Below are positions 1 through 9,903 of a DNA stretch of 64,000 nt, one piece after another. Positions within the stretch are counted from its first letter, which is position 1; every line of letters starts with the position of its first letter. Below the pieces are notes generated by a model. That model had not been told where the DNA came from and did no database searches. It saw only the letters and a program-made list of their open reading frames with translations. This DNA comes from a virus. A program made the position numbers and the translations under genes. The DNA lies in the UHGV virus genome UHGV-1370141; one strand, written 5' to 3'.

Positions 1-711
1 CCTAAAGGAATAATATATTTATAAATAAATATATTATACTATACGTGTGCGCACGCACACGCGTATAAGGAAGAGATCTTGAGATCAGGTTTTTGAGAGA
101 GTTAAATTTTTAAGATCGATCCGAGAGACTTGAGGTCTCTCGAGAGTATTTAAAAAACCAAGCAAGATAACTACTCAACTTGAATCTTCAGTGTGTGAAG
201 ATTCAAAACGTTGATCCAATCACTTGATCCGTTAGTACGCGAAGCGTGAATGTTTTTTTGATCGGCACGGCGGCTGGCCGTCGGGTGGCAGGGTCGGGTC
301 TCACCCACCCCCGGCAAGGGGTCGTACGCTTTCTCAATCGCTCCACATCGCGCTAAACGGGGTCAGGTAACCCAAGTGTACTGGGTAGGGGTAAAAACCG
401 CGTTAAAATCGTTTCTAGAGCGTTTTACGAAATCCGGTTAAAAAATCACCAACCGGATAGGGTTTCCAGAGACAATCCAGCACCCGGTTTTGGGGTTTGT
501 TGCGGTTTGGGTTAAAATAAATTCTTCGACAGGGAATAAAACCCCGTCAAATTCTTCCTGAGAAGCTCTCTAACGAGAAAAACTCACCCAGGGTATACGA
601 ACGTACCACCTCGACCTAAAAATGCGTTAGAATCGCTCTGAGGAGGTCGAAGTTTTTTTGGCAAAAAAAAAATAAAAAAAAACAGGTGGCCGAAGCCACC
701 CGATATTTTTT
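1..711. other. non-coding leader region with no ORF >=60 aa; AT-rich 5' part, 28-nt alternating purine-pyrimidine tract (approx 40..67), several short inverted repeats, GC-rich centre
   Basis: No ORF in six-frame track before 712; palindromes e.g. gagagac-ttgag-gtctctc (approx 123..141) and tgaatcttca-gtgtg-tgaagattca (approx 181..205). Confidence 0.5.
662..700 (-). terminator. intrinsic terminator for minus-strand transcripts (hairpin ggtggc-cgaa-gccacc followed on the minus strand by a long U-run)
   Basis: Stem approx 685..700; A-run 662..682 on plus strand is a T-run on minus; lies just downstream of the stop of CDS 712..1836. Confidence 0.5.
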
Positions 712-1836
712 TTACGGACAGACCTGTTCTTTCTGAGGGTAGTGCAGTTTTACCTCCAACAGGCTGTAGCCCGTGGCGTAGAAAATCTGACTCCCCACTG
801 AAGCCACAAAGCCTTCAGGGTCAATCACCTCAACGGAGAAATCCGATTCGAAAAGCCAGGTTTCTTGCTTACCGTCTCGTTCGAATACCGCTGCATAGCG
901 ACCGTACTCCGCACCCCGTCGGAAGCGGAAAAGCGTTAACCCTGTTTCACGTTCGTAACCGGAAATCACACCCCCTTCCTCGAAAATCTCGGCACGGTTA
1001 CAGCGGGTAACGGTCAATAACGCCGGTCGTTGTGTTGGAATGGTTTTGAACGGGGAAGGCCCTTCGTATGTCGTTGAGACCCAGTCTCCCATGTTGTCCA
1101 GCGCTAACGCTCGGTATGCGATAGGGGACTTGTAATTACACAGCCGATTCCCTTCCGTGTACATCGTGTATTCGATACGTAACGTCGTACCGACGATGTC
1201 TTCCAGGGAAAGTTTGTAGTGTTCTAACTGTGCCTGAATACGTCGTGAGAGTATCGTGCACAGGAAGGTGTGTCCTTCGGAAGAACGACAAACGATTCCG
1301 TAATCCGTTACGGCCAAAAGCGTCGCATCGGTTTTACGGACAGGTTCTAATCGGAATGTGTGTTCACCCGTTTCGATGATAAACTGGGAAACGGCTTGGT
1401 TACGGGATTTGACTTTAATCATGTCAAATACGTCACCGGCTTTTACGATTAATGGCTCAACAACGTTCACCTGGAAAGGCAAGGGTTTCGTGGGATACTG
1501 GCCTAGTGTGGTAATCGTTACCGAACTGAGTTCGGGGTCTGATGCGTCAGGGTCACTAGACAGCCAGTACGTTAACCACTTAGACAGCGTTTGTGGGATA
1601 ACACGGGTGGTGTAAAATAACACCTCGCCTTGTAACCCTGCTTCCGCCAGTTCTCGTGCTAAGAACGAGTTGACGGCGTCGTAAGTACCGTTACGCAGGA
1701 TGTCCATCCCACCGACTCTGTCCAGGTCACAAATCACGCCGTGAGGAAGCACCCACATCTTGACTTGTTGTTCGCGGTCGATGGTACCTTCACGCAACAT
1801 CTTGTGCCAAGCAGGTTTGCGCAGATAATTTCTCAT
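712..1836 (-). CDS. hypothetical protein (374 aa); ORF track gives 712..1869 from a GTG, but the ATG at 1836 has an AAAGGAG SD 8 nt upstream
   Basis: Long ORF; stop tta at 712..714; in-frame ATG (residue 12 of track ORF) preceded by AAAGGAG. Confidence 0.6.
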   Translation of the reverse strand: MRNYLRKPAWHKMLREGTIDREQQVKMWVLPHGVICDLDRVGGMDILRNGTYDAVNSFLARELAEAGLQGEVLFYTTRVIPQTLSKWLTYWLSSDPDASDPELSSVTITTLGQYPTKPLPFQVNVVEPLIVKAGDVFDMIKVKSRNQAVSQFIIETGEHTFRLEPVRKTDATLLAVTDYGIVCRSSEGHTFLCTILSRRIQAQLEHYKLSLEDIVGTTLRIEYTMYTEGNRLCNYKSPIAYRALALDNMGDWVSTTYEGPSPFKTIPTQRPALLTVTRCNRAEIFEEGGVISGYERETGLTLFRFRRGAEYGRYAAVFERDGKQETWLFESDFSVEVIDPEGFVASVGSQIFYATGYSLLEVKLHYPQKEQVCP

Positions 1837-1872
1837 GGTAAAAACTCCTTTAGGTAATAAGACTCTCACTAG

Positions 1873-1885
1873 GATAATATCTATC
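1873..1885 (-). promoter_or_regulatory. conserved AT-rich motif (plus-strand ATAATATCTATC), candidate phage promoter about 38 nt upstream of the minus gene start at 1836 and divergent to plus gene 1909
   Basis: Same 12-13 nt motif recurs at 46527..46539 and 55124..55136, related copy at 16661..16675, each 28-62 nt upstream of a minus-strand start codon. Confidence 0.3.
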
Positions 1886-1908
1886 CGTAATAATTTCGAG
1901 GTTCACTG

Positions 1909-3285
1909 ATGGCTGAACTGGTTTATGATTTTACCTCCGGTTGTTATCAAACCACCGGAACCCGCGTTGCTCAGGAATCGTTCGGTCACGACCCGTACTT
2001 CGACGACGCGGAAACCTCACCGGGTTTGTACTACGACTACGGTTTTGGTGGCTACGTACCGATGGGATTCTCCGTCGCTCACGAAGCCCGTCACGACGAC
2101 CGTTTACGTAAAGCGTTTGACAGCGTGTTTAACAAACTCGTGATTGATCGCAAGCTGGCGTCTAAGCTGCGTCACTACGTAAGCGGGATACTCTCTCGTG
2201 AAGGCAACGTGGAGTGGTTAGGGTCGAACCTCCTCGGTGTCCACAGCATTCGTTTTTTCGATTCTGACCGTAACCGTCTGTTCGATGAGGTGATTAACAT
2301 CGACGAAGACTATCTGTCAGAGTTGATTAAAGAGTCGCATTCCATCAATACCGATTGGCAGGTGGCGGGTGACACGTATAACCTGACCATCGTGTATCTG
2401 TTGCACCTGATGATTCCGAAGTTCGGTGACAAAGAGATTCTCGCTGCGGCTATCGACCTGGTGACGATTCTTCAGTTCAAATTTTACTCGAGTATTTACT
2501 ACCACTTCTTCCCGAAGCCGGTAGACTTACCTGCTGCCGAAGCCGCGTACTCGATGTTGTCGATGAAATTCGATATTCGTCGTTTAGGGAACTGGGGGTT
2601 GCACATGGCAGAACGTGCAACGTATTTCTGTTCTCCGGAATACCCTAACTACGATGCGGTAAAACGTTTCGATGCGCCGGATATGGTGTTGCGTTATATC
2701 ACCGACCTGAATACCCGTACGAAGCAAACCGTGAAAGACTACTACGCGGTGCTCGACCGTGTACGTCGTGAGAACGCTCGTGTGGTCAGCCAGTCGGCAC
2801 GTGTGGAATTAGACGGACAGTCGGTGATTCGTGACAAAGTCGGTGCGTTGGAAATCGCAAAACAGAACCTGTTTGATGCGTCTTACGATATCAACAATTT
2901 GTACAAAGAAGAGTTGGCGCGTGTGGTGCTGGAGATGGTACCGAAAGCGTCACCTGCGGCACTGAAAACGTTGCTGACGTATATCGCAGGACTCCCCATC
3001 GGGAAGAAACGTGATGAAGTTAACAGCATCATGGAAGACACGTTGTCTCACGCTTTTGACGAAATCGTTACCAACCGAATTAACTTCAATGATGCGGTCA
3101 CGGTATTACAGCGTATGCGTGCGTTGTACCAGGCGTCGAAATCGCCTAACCCGTATGTGTTGTCGTTGCGTTCTCGCATTGAGAAACTGGCAGCGAAAGA
3201 GACACACATTCGCCACGAGTCTGCGTTAGCTGCACTGCGTAACGCGCTACTGCTTTACTTCCTGATTCGTTCGTTACAGAAATAA
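1909..3285 (+). CDS. hypothetical protein (458 aa)
   Basis: Long ORF, ATG with GAGG SD about 6 nt upstream, followed by terminator hairpin. Confidence 0.65.
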   Translation: MAELVYDFTSGCYQTTGTRVAQESFGHDPYFDDAETSPGLYYDYGFGGYVPMGFSVAHEARHDDRLRKAFDSVFNKLVIDRKLASKLRHYVSGILSREGNVEWLGSNLLGVHSIRFFDSDRNRLFDEVINIDEDYLSELIKESHSINTDWQVAGDTYNLTIVYLLHLMIPKFGDKEILAAAIDLVTILQFKFYSSIYYHFFPKPVDLPAAEAAYSMLSMKFDIRRLGNWGLHMAERATYFCSPEYPNYDAVKRFDAPDMVLRYITDLNTRTKQTVKDYYAVLDRVRRENARVVSQSARVELDGQSVIRDKVGALEIAKQNLFDASYDINNLYKEELARVVLEMVPKASPAALKTLLTYIAGLPIGKKRDEVNSIMEDTLSHAFDEIVTNRINFNDAVTVLQRMRALYQASKSPNPYVLSLRSRIEKLAAKETHIRHESALAALRNALLLYFLIRSLQK

Positions 3286-3295
3286 AAAAAGAGTT

Positions 3296-3333
3296 AGCCT
3301 GAGACCCCGGTGGGTCTCAGGCTAGTTTATTTT
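3296..3333. terminator. bidirectional intrinsic terminator (stem agcctgagaccc / gggtctcaggct, loop cggt, A-run before and T-run after)
   Basis: 12-bp perfect stem between convergent genes 1909..3285 (+) and 3342..3581 (-). Confidence 0.6.
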
Positions 3334-3341
3334 AAAAGGCT

Positions 3342-3581
3342 TCAATGGGCCCCGGATACCGCTAATAGGTGGATGGTGTACACCAAGTTTAGAGCGTAAG
3401 TCGTTGATGTCCCTGCCACCATTAATCCGAATACTGCTACCGCCTGCGCATACCGCGTCGTACGATGACACACACCGTGCGATGCACCGTATCGTTCTAT
3501 CGATTGGTAACTGTGTCTAATCATTTTGTACGTCGCGATCCACGAAAAGAACACGAGCAAATAGTAAATTGGAGCCATCAC
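3342..3581 (-). CDS. small membrane protein (79 aa, two hydrophobic segments), translationally coupled to the upstream terminase gene
   Basis: ATG overlaps terminase stop (ATGA); hydrophobic stretches APIYYLLVFFSWIATY and AVAVFGLMVAGTSTTYALNLV. Confidence 0.45.
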   Translation of the reverse strand: MMAPIYYLLVFFSWIATYKMIRHSYQSIERYGASHGVCHRTTRYAQAVAVFGLMVAGTSTTYALNLVYTIHLLAVSGAH

Positions 3582-5686
3582 TTCATCCTCTGGCGTTGGA
3601 GAAGCTCTCTCAAGCTTTCCATTGACGCCACGTTTTGTGTATCAGTGTTAAGTTGAGAGATGAGGGCCTGAAGTCGGTTACGAGCGGCCATTGCTTGAAC
3701 CGGGTCGAGTAACCCGTGAGTCGTTCTCACTAACTGCTCAATTTCCCCCATCAGTTTTTGCTGTCGCGCTTCCTCTTCGAGCTGTAACTCTTCGTCCACC
3801 CCTTCCCGGTTTTCTGCCAAGTTACGATTACGCATCATCAATCGGCTGTTGTTGATCTCGTAATGTCCTAAGTTATTCCCAAGTAGCAATAACCACATCG
3901 CAAGTAACCAAGAAATCACAAGGTCATCGTGACCGGATGCTTTGTGGTCGATACGACCATTTTTCTCCACGAGGTTAAGAATTTGGTCGATGAGCTCTCC
4001 ACAACGGAGTTTATCGGCAGACAAGCGCAACGCGGTGGTGAATACCTCACCGTACAGTTTACGACGTTTCTCCTGGTCGGTTGAGAACCCGATGTATTTG
4101 CGGAATTTATTCCAGAATTTCTCTGCGCTCCCCACTGGGCCACGGTGATACTCTTTGTAGAGATCGTCCGTACGCGAGTAGTCCTGGGTGATTCGCACAA
4201 ACAAACGACGGTGTAAATCGGGTACCCGTGATTGCAATTGCAGGATAACCGCATCTGCAACGGATGAGCCTGTTGAGCGTCGTTCCAGAATCAGTACCGT
4301 GTTCGGATATCGCACCATAAAATCCGCTAAATGGATCGCGAACGAAATAACGTTGGATTCATTAACGGTAAGCTTACCGGCGTACTCGGCCGTGACTGAG
4401 TTGACGATGGACATGGCGATCGCATCTCGACCTACGGCTTCGGAGGTATCCAAACCGATGACATGACGATCTTTGAGTTTCATCATCATTTCTTCTTCGG
4501 TGTAGTACCAGTCGGTAACGTAGTTTTGTGGCGAGATATCTTTGAACACTGCACGCATTCGTGAAGCATTCATACGATCTGCATCTTCCGCTGAGAACGG
4601 CTTGTTCAGACCACCGGTCGTCCATTCGCCACCGAAGTCACGACGGATCTGGTCAGGGGTACCTTTGGCGTTCGCAATCATTGCCGCTAACTGTTCATCT
4701 GTGGTCCCGAGCTGACGGTGGTTGTACTTCACGTAGAACATGATACGTGGGACTTCTGCCGTGGAGTTAGAACGGATGATGTCAATGAGCTGTTTACGGG
4801 TTGGAATGTCGATATAGCGCTCATCCCACATAATCCCTGACGTCATCAGCTCGTACATGTACTTGCCTTCTTCCGTCGCTAAGTCACCAGGGGTTGTTGC
4901 GAATACGTTACCGTAAGGAACACCTTCCGCTTCGTTAATACGACGTGCCGCTGTACCGGATGCCAGCGCTGCCGGTAGAATGTGGTGTACGTTTTTGGTA
5001 AAGGGGCCTTCGTCCGAGAACAGACGACCAGCAGTAAGTCCACGACCGATACCGTTAGCGGACTCTGGGTCGTTTTGGCCGATACCTGTAATCAGTTTAT
5101 TACCCTGAGCTAAACACGCAAAGGTTTCTCGGTTATCTGGGTCATCAGGATGCGCTGGCCAGAGGTAACTCGGTAAACCGTTACGAAGTTGTTTCAGTTT
5201 GTTGATAGTTTCTTCACGCAGTGCCGGGCCTTTTGTGATAAGAATTGTTCGGGAGTTTTCTAAGAAACGAATCAACCACAGCAGTAAACCACTCATCCCG
5301 ACGGTTTTACCGTGCTGACGCAAGAACTCGACAGCAACGTCGATGTTGTTAAAGAAAATCCAGTACATCGAGAAGTTACCACGGTCGATACGGAACGGGG
5401 AACCGTACTTCATACCGTCCGCAGGCACCCTGACACATTCCCTGAACCAGTACCACGGGTTCTCAGCACATTCGATGGCGATGTATGCCTTCATCTGTTC
5501 TGAAAGGTTTTCATCGAACGGGTCTACGCCCTGCAACAGTGGGTTATGCAACGCCAGGTGAATATACCAGTGTTTGACACCCAGTTTTTTCAGTAAGTTA
5601 GCAAACTTGATAAAGGATTTGTTTGTTGTTTTATCGTCAACAATAGCGCCTGGATAATAACGCCAGTCCGATTCACGTAGTATCAT
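3578..5686 (-). CDS. terminase large subunit (ATPase plus nuclease), 702 aa
   Basis: Walker A-like FLRQHGKT; C-terminal RNase H-like nuclease motifs VIGLDTSEAVGRD and GHDDLVISW; ATG with AGGAG SD. Confidence 0.6.
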   Translation of the reverse strand: MILRESDWRYYPGAIVDDKTTNKSFIKFANLLKKLGVKHWYIHLALHNPLLQGVDPFDENLSEQMKAYIAIECAENPWYWFRECVRVPADGMKYGSPFRIDRGNFSMYWIFFNNIDVAVEFLRQHGKTVGMSGLLLWLIRFLENSRTILITKGPALREETINKLKQLRNGLPSYLWPAHPDDPDNRETFACLAQGNKLITGIGQNDPESANGIGRGLTAGRLFSDEGPFTKNVHHILPAALASGTAARRINEAEGVPYGNVFATTPGDLATEEGKYMYELMTSGIMWDERYIDIPTRKQLIDIIRSNSTAEVPRIMFYVKYNHRQLGTTDEQLAAMIANAKGTPDQIRRDFGGEWTTGGLNKPFSAEDADRMNASRMRAVFKDISPQNYVTDWYYTEEEMMMKLKDRHVIGLDTSEAVGRDAIAMSIVNSVTAEYAGKLTVNESNVISFAIHLADFMVRYPNTVLILERRSTGSSVADAVILQLQSRVPDLHRRLFVRITQDYSRTDDLYKEYHRGPVGSAEKFWNKFRKYIGFSTDQEKRRKLYGEVFTTALRLSADKLRCGELIDQILNLVEKNGRIDHKASGHDDLVISWLLAMWLLLLGNNLGHYEINNSRLMMRNRNLAENREGVDEELQLEEEARQQKLMGEIEQLVRTTHGLLDPVQAMAARNRLQALISQLNTDTQNVASMESLRELLQRQRMK

Positions 5687-5698
5687 ACAGACTCCTAA

Positions 5699-5722
5699 CC
5701 TCCTACCCTTGCGGGTAGGAGG
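5699..5722 (+). other. GC-rich stem-loop (cctcctaccc / gggtaggagg, loop ttgc) with T-run only on the plus strand; sits just 5' of the terminase SD on the minus strand
   Basis: 10-bp perfect inverted repeat between minus genes 5734..7374 and 3578..5686. Confidence 0.4.
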
Positions 5723-5733
5723 TCTTTTATTTT

Positions 5734-7374
5734 TTATTCGATGTGATGCGCAAGCATCGGTGACGCTGCAAGGTTAAGCGTATCGGTTGGAGTACGACGA
5801 ATCCAACGGATCACCAACGGTGCGTCTAACGGGACGCGGTAATCGATAACTTTCTTATCTAACCACTCGTCCACGCTGTAGGTGTAAACTTTACCCCCAA
5901 CGTGAATTTCGAAATGGGTAGGTTCAGGCGGTTCCGATTCGTTACGGCGATCGTACAACGGATAAATCGGTTCGTACAGCAGTTTAAGCCACTCTGCTTT
6001 CGAGCTGACTTTGTTACTGACGTCGATTTCCGAGTAGTTAACGTTGGAGTATTTGAATTCCGCCCATACGTTTTCACCGTATTTCTCACCGTCAGGCAGA
6101 TACTCCAGAATGAAGTTGGTGTTCAGTTCGTTACCTGGATTTACCAGTGTAATCGCAAAGGACTGCGACTGGATAAACGCACGGAACTTACTGTCTACCT
6201 TGCTGATGTCAACCTGGACGTTTAGACGCTGTTTCACACCCATCAATAGCGGGTCAAACGTGGTGCCCGTTGTGTAGTTGACGTGTGCTGTTGCATCGTA
6301 AACCTTACCACGCGTCAGGTTATACAACAGGAAGTCCAGACGATAACCACGGGTAGCATCCAACCATCTCGGTACCACAAACAGTTTCATGGAGTAAGCC
6401 CCATCAACCTGTTCGGTGACAGCGGTGTAGTTCTTCACGATGGTGTCACCAACGATATCCGTACCACCGTAAGTTTCCCCTTTCGAGAGTTTGTAACTCA
6501 GTACGCAAGGGAGACTGTTACCGGCGTTAGACGCGATGTAGAAGGTGTCATGAGAACCGGCGTTACGTAAACCGTTGAATTTCACACGCGCCTGGTCTAT
6601 CGGTAAACGTTTGGTACCGTCACTGTAAATCACATCACACCACAACGGAATAGAGTCGATAGGCATGTTGATAGGCAGTGTCAGCGTGGTACCGTCGTTG
6701 TCCACCAAGAACGGAGAAACCAGCTTAATGCCCAATACTGTACGAGCCGGTGTTTCCTGTGCCATCACCAGGTTGGTTTTGATGATGTGGGCATGGCCGA
6801 TTTGTACCACGTTACCTACGTCCGAGTACACGGCAAACATACACGCTTCACCGTTCTCAACGTCGGCTAAGCACGCGCCAGGTAGCGTTTGTTTAACAAC
6901 ACGTTCAGCGCCTTCCACCGAGATGGTCTGTACGGGCAGGTACGTGTATTTGAGTTTACCGTCTTTGTAATACCCCGACAGGATTTCTGCGTGGTCATCT
7001 ACGGTGCTCCCACGGAAGACACGTACACCGTCTACGTCAGGTCCTTCAAACGTCAACGCGTTATCCAAGACCATCGTTGCAGGCAGTTTTGAACTGTCCA
7101 CGTAGACACGGTATTTGTCACTTCGTAATGGGTAGTGGCCATTCAGACGTCCGTCCTGGTTGGCAACACCCACCCCACCCCACGGTTCAGTTTCCCACGA
7201 GGGTTTCGCGTAGTTAACGCTTACGACGATATCAAAACCAGAGGTGATATCGTTAACGATCAGATCTTTCGGGTTCGGTACGTAACCGGTAGGTCGTTCC
7301 GCCGCGTAAAGCTCCTCAGGACGCCATACACGGAAACCGCGATCCTTGTTGATAATGTCAGTTGTTAAGGCCAT
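5734..7374 (-). CDS. hypothetical protein (546 aa), possibly virion structural
   Basis: Long ORF in the terminase-proximal cluster; no recognisable motif. Confidence 0.6.
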   Translation of the reverse strand: MALTTDIINKDRGFRVWRPEELYAAERPTGYVPNPKDLIVNDITSGFDIVVSVNYAKPSWETEPWGGVGVANQDGRLNGHYPLRSDKYRVYVDSSKLPATMVLDNALTFEGPDVDGVRVFRGSTVDDHAEILSGYYKDGKLKYTYLPVQTISVEGAERVVKQTLPGACLADVENGEACMFAVYSDVGNVVQIGHAHIIKTNLVMAQETPARTVLGIKLVSPFLVDNDGTTLTLPINMPIDSIPLWCDVIYSDGTKRLPIDQARVKFNGLRNAGSHDTFYIASNAGNSLPCVLSYKLSKGETYGGTDIVGDTIVKNYTAVTEQVDGAYSMKLFVVPRWLDATRGYRLDFLLYNLTRGKVYDATAHVNYTTGTTFDPLLMGVKQRLNVQVDISKVDSKFRAFIQSQSFAITLVNPGNELNTNFILEYLPDGEKYGENVWAEFKYSNVNYSEIDVSNKVSSKAEWLKLLYEPIYPLYDRRNESEPPEPTHFEIHVGGKVYTYSVDEWLDKKVIDYRVPLDAPLVIRWIRRTPTDTLNLAASPMLAHHIE

Positions 7375-7376
7375 GA

Positions 7377-9893
7377 TTAACCCTTGATTTTCAGATACTG
7401 GTTCAGCTGAACTTCACCGTTCAGGTACCGTTCGTTTACGCGGTCTAAGAACGCAAAACCGAGTTCGTTGATTTCCACCGTCTCGTATTTGACGTGTGGG
7501 TGGAGTTTGACGAACGCTTTATCGTAGCCGATATACGCCGGGTCGAAGGGAAGCAGATCTTTGTAACGTTCCATGATCTCATCCAACTGAGTCGTTGAGA
7601 TACGGTAGTCAGGATCGTCTTCTCGCAGGATTAAAATACCGTTTAGGTAATCCCACATGATTTTGTTCAGTGTCGGCGAATACAGGTGGTATAAGTGCGG
7701 TAGCGGTACCGGGTTTTCAGGCGGTGGTGTTGGGAACCAGTGTGTCATGTAATTCTCAACACGCGTGTCCAGGTCTCGGGCAACGTCACGCAATTCGTAC
7801 GTGTCCCCGGTGACCATCGTCAGTAACGGGATAGTCGGGTCGTCAACCGAGTACGGATAACCGTCGTCAACGATATTGACCCCAACGGTGTTGTCTTCAC
7901 GGAACACCACTTCATCACGCAGCAGTAAAGAACCGCCAGCCACAACACGAATGACTTTGTCATCACGACAATCGAATTGGCTGTTGTTAGACAGTAAGCC
8001 ACTGGAGACAAACCCGTGTTTCGGTATACGCAGCATACCCGTTACTCCACGGCAGCGTACGGCGATATGGTTGTCTTCGTCGTCACTTACCCAGGACTTA
8101 CACACCACGACGATTTCAGGCCAAATAACGTGATAGTCGATACCGTGTACCAGCGGGTGGCCGTTTAACCACACTTCAACGGTTTCCATCGGAATCCACA
8201 GCGTACGCTGGTTCCCTTCCTGGTTACGTGCCATAATCGGAATACGGATTTCCCCTTCCCGTACTGCAAAGGTGGTCTCGAAGAACAGATGACGGTCGTC
8301 GTAAATCACCGTTGGATGACGTCGCGTTCTGTCTACCGACCAGGTAATCTTGTTCCCGTCCCGTTCGTAGTCCGTCCCTTCTACCGCTTCGATATACTCG
8401 TCACGAGGAATATCGTCAATGACTTTACGTAACCAGAGGTTAACGTTTTCACCTTCGTTAATCACGAAGTCATCGGCGTTATCGACAATGGTCACCGCGT
8501 CGTCTTTTGCCCCCGCAATCGCTTCGATAATGCGTGCGTTGGGATTACGAGCTTGGTAAACGTCATAACCTGTGTTTTGATGCGCCTCTAACAGTAAACC
8601 ATCACCGTCGTATTCGTATACGGTGGAGTTAACCGCCAGTAACGCAGGGAGCGTTGCACGATAACCACCTTCGGTTAAGGTCAGGCGCTGCGGTGTGTCA
8701 GCTGCGTAACGCGTAACGGCATTATAACCGTAAGCGTCAGTGCACAGGTCACGGTTAATGTTTTCCAGCTTAGCCGCAGCCAAACGGTTAAACGCAGCCT
8801 GTTCTAAGTTAGCCGCTTGCCACTCCGTTACGTTGGCGTTAGCGCCAATCATCGCGTCGATAATCAGCTCGTCAGTGAGACGATACAAATCGTGGACGTG
8901 GGACGAGTTATACAGCGGCGTAATGTCCAGATAGTCGTCACGGATAATAAGACGAATGACCAGTTCATCTAAGTCGGTGATAGACTCGTTAAAGACATTA
9001 CGGTATTTCGCAATGCGTTCAGTCGGGATTGCCAAATCGTTCCACGTTAGCTGACGCATCGCCTGGTGACGATGACGGTGGTAATAACGACCGCGACCTT
9101 TCCAGAACAGCTGAATTTCGGCGTCGTTGTTGAAAATCCAAATCCCGTCTTTTTTCGGAATGTGGAGCAAATACTTACGCTTGCTGTCGAGCGTAGACAT
9201 AAACGTCGGTAAGTCGCCACAACGGAATTCAACGATGCGGCGTACACGACCGTCAACACGAATGTCGATGTCGTCCCAGACTTTAATGTCTTGCGTTTTC
9301 GGTGAGTCGATTAATTCACCGTTTAACCAGAACTCAACGTAACCTTTATTCTGTTGCTTAAGTAGGTTATACCGATCGACGACTCTCTGAACCTGTTCGC
9401 GGTTAGGCGGTGAGAAATACTCAACGGTGGTTGGGTTAATATACGGTGCGTTTTCACCCCCACTGTAACCCGGATAAATTCGCAGGTAGCAGATGTCTTC
9501 TTCTAACCAGCTATAGCGATCGGATTGTGGGATAGCCATGTAAACCATCCCAGAGCTGGTGCGGTAAAAGTAGACGTACTCAGAGGGGATCGAAACTCCG
9601 CTCTCGTTGTAGACCAGCATCCAGGTACTGAAGCCGTTCACACACGTTGAAAGCTTCTTCCAACGGTTTAGGGGGATGGCTAAGTTCCCCCAGTTTACGT
9701 GAAGTTTATCAATAGCGAATGCGTGCCACCAGGTATTTTCTTTCGGTAGCGCTACCGGTGTCCGACCGTGTTTGAAAAAGCCGATCGCCCCGGTCTTGGG
9801 TGAAAGACGGAAGGGTGCAATGTTCAACACCCCGTCGAGATATGGACGCTGCCACGCTTTTTGGATGGCGTGGGCGACCAGCCAGTTCTCCAT
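7377..9893 (-). CDS. hypothetical protein (838 aa), possibly virion structural
   Basis: Long ORF tightly packed with neighbours. Confidence 0.6.
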   Translation of the reverse strand: MENWLVAHAIQKAWQRPYLDGVLNIAPFRLSPKTGAIGFFKHGRTPVALPKENTWWHAFAIDKLHVNWGNLAIPLNRWKKLSTCVNGFSTWMLVYNESGVSIPSEYVYFYRTSSGMVYMAIPQSDRYSWLEEDICYLRIYPGYSGGENAPYINPTTVEYFSPPNREQVQRVVDRYNLLKQQNKGYVEFWLNGELIDSPKTQDIKVWDDIDIRVDGRVRRIVEFRCGDLPTFMSTLDSKRKYLLHIPKKDGIWIFNNDAEIQLFWKGRGRYYHRHRHQAMRQLTWNDLAIPTERIAKYRNVFNESITDLDELVIRLIIRDDYLDITPLYNSSHVHDLYRLTDELIIDAMIGANANVTEWQAANLEQAAFNRLAAAKLENINRDLCTDAYGYNAVTRYAADTPQRLTLTEGGYRATLPALLAVNSTVYEYDGDGLLLEAHQNTGYDVYQARNPNARIIEAIAGAKDDAVTIVDNADDFVINEGENVNLWLRKVIDDIPRDEYIEAVEGTDYERDGNKITWSVDRTRRHPTVIYDDRHLFFETTFAVREGEIRIPIMARNQEGNQRTLWIPMETVEVWLNGHPLVHGIDYHVIWPEIVVVCKSWVSDDEDNHIAVRCRGVTGMLRIPKHGFVSSGLLSNNSQFDCRDDKVIRVVAGGSLLLRDEVVFREDNTVGVNIVDDGYPYSVDDPTIPLLTMVTGDTYELRDVARDLDTRVENYMTHWFPTPPPENPVPLPHLYHLYSPTLNKIMWDYLNGILILREDDPDYRISTTQLDEIMERYKDLLPFDPAYIGYDKAFVKLHPHVKYETVEINELGFAFLDRVNERYLNGEVQLNQYLKIKG

Positions 9894-9903
9894 AGTGGAC
9901 CTC

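Noticed and set aside
636-662. Plus-strand GAGGAGG SD-like sequence in the leader as evidence of a small plus-strand gene
   Set aside because: No start codon at suitable spacing and no ORF follows; it is part of the A/T-run flanking the terminator
7377-9893. EYDGDG pentapeptide in the 838-aa protein resembling an RNAP DxDGD catalytic loop
   Set aside because: First position is Glu not Asp and none of the flanking beta' blocks are present; judged a chance match
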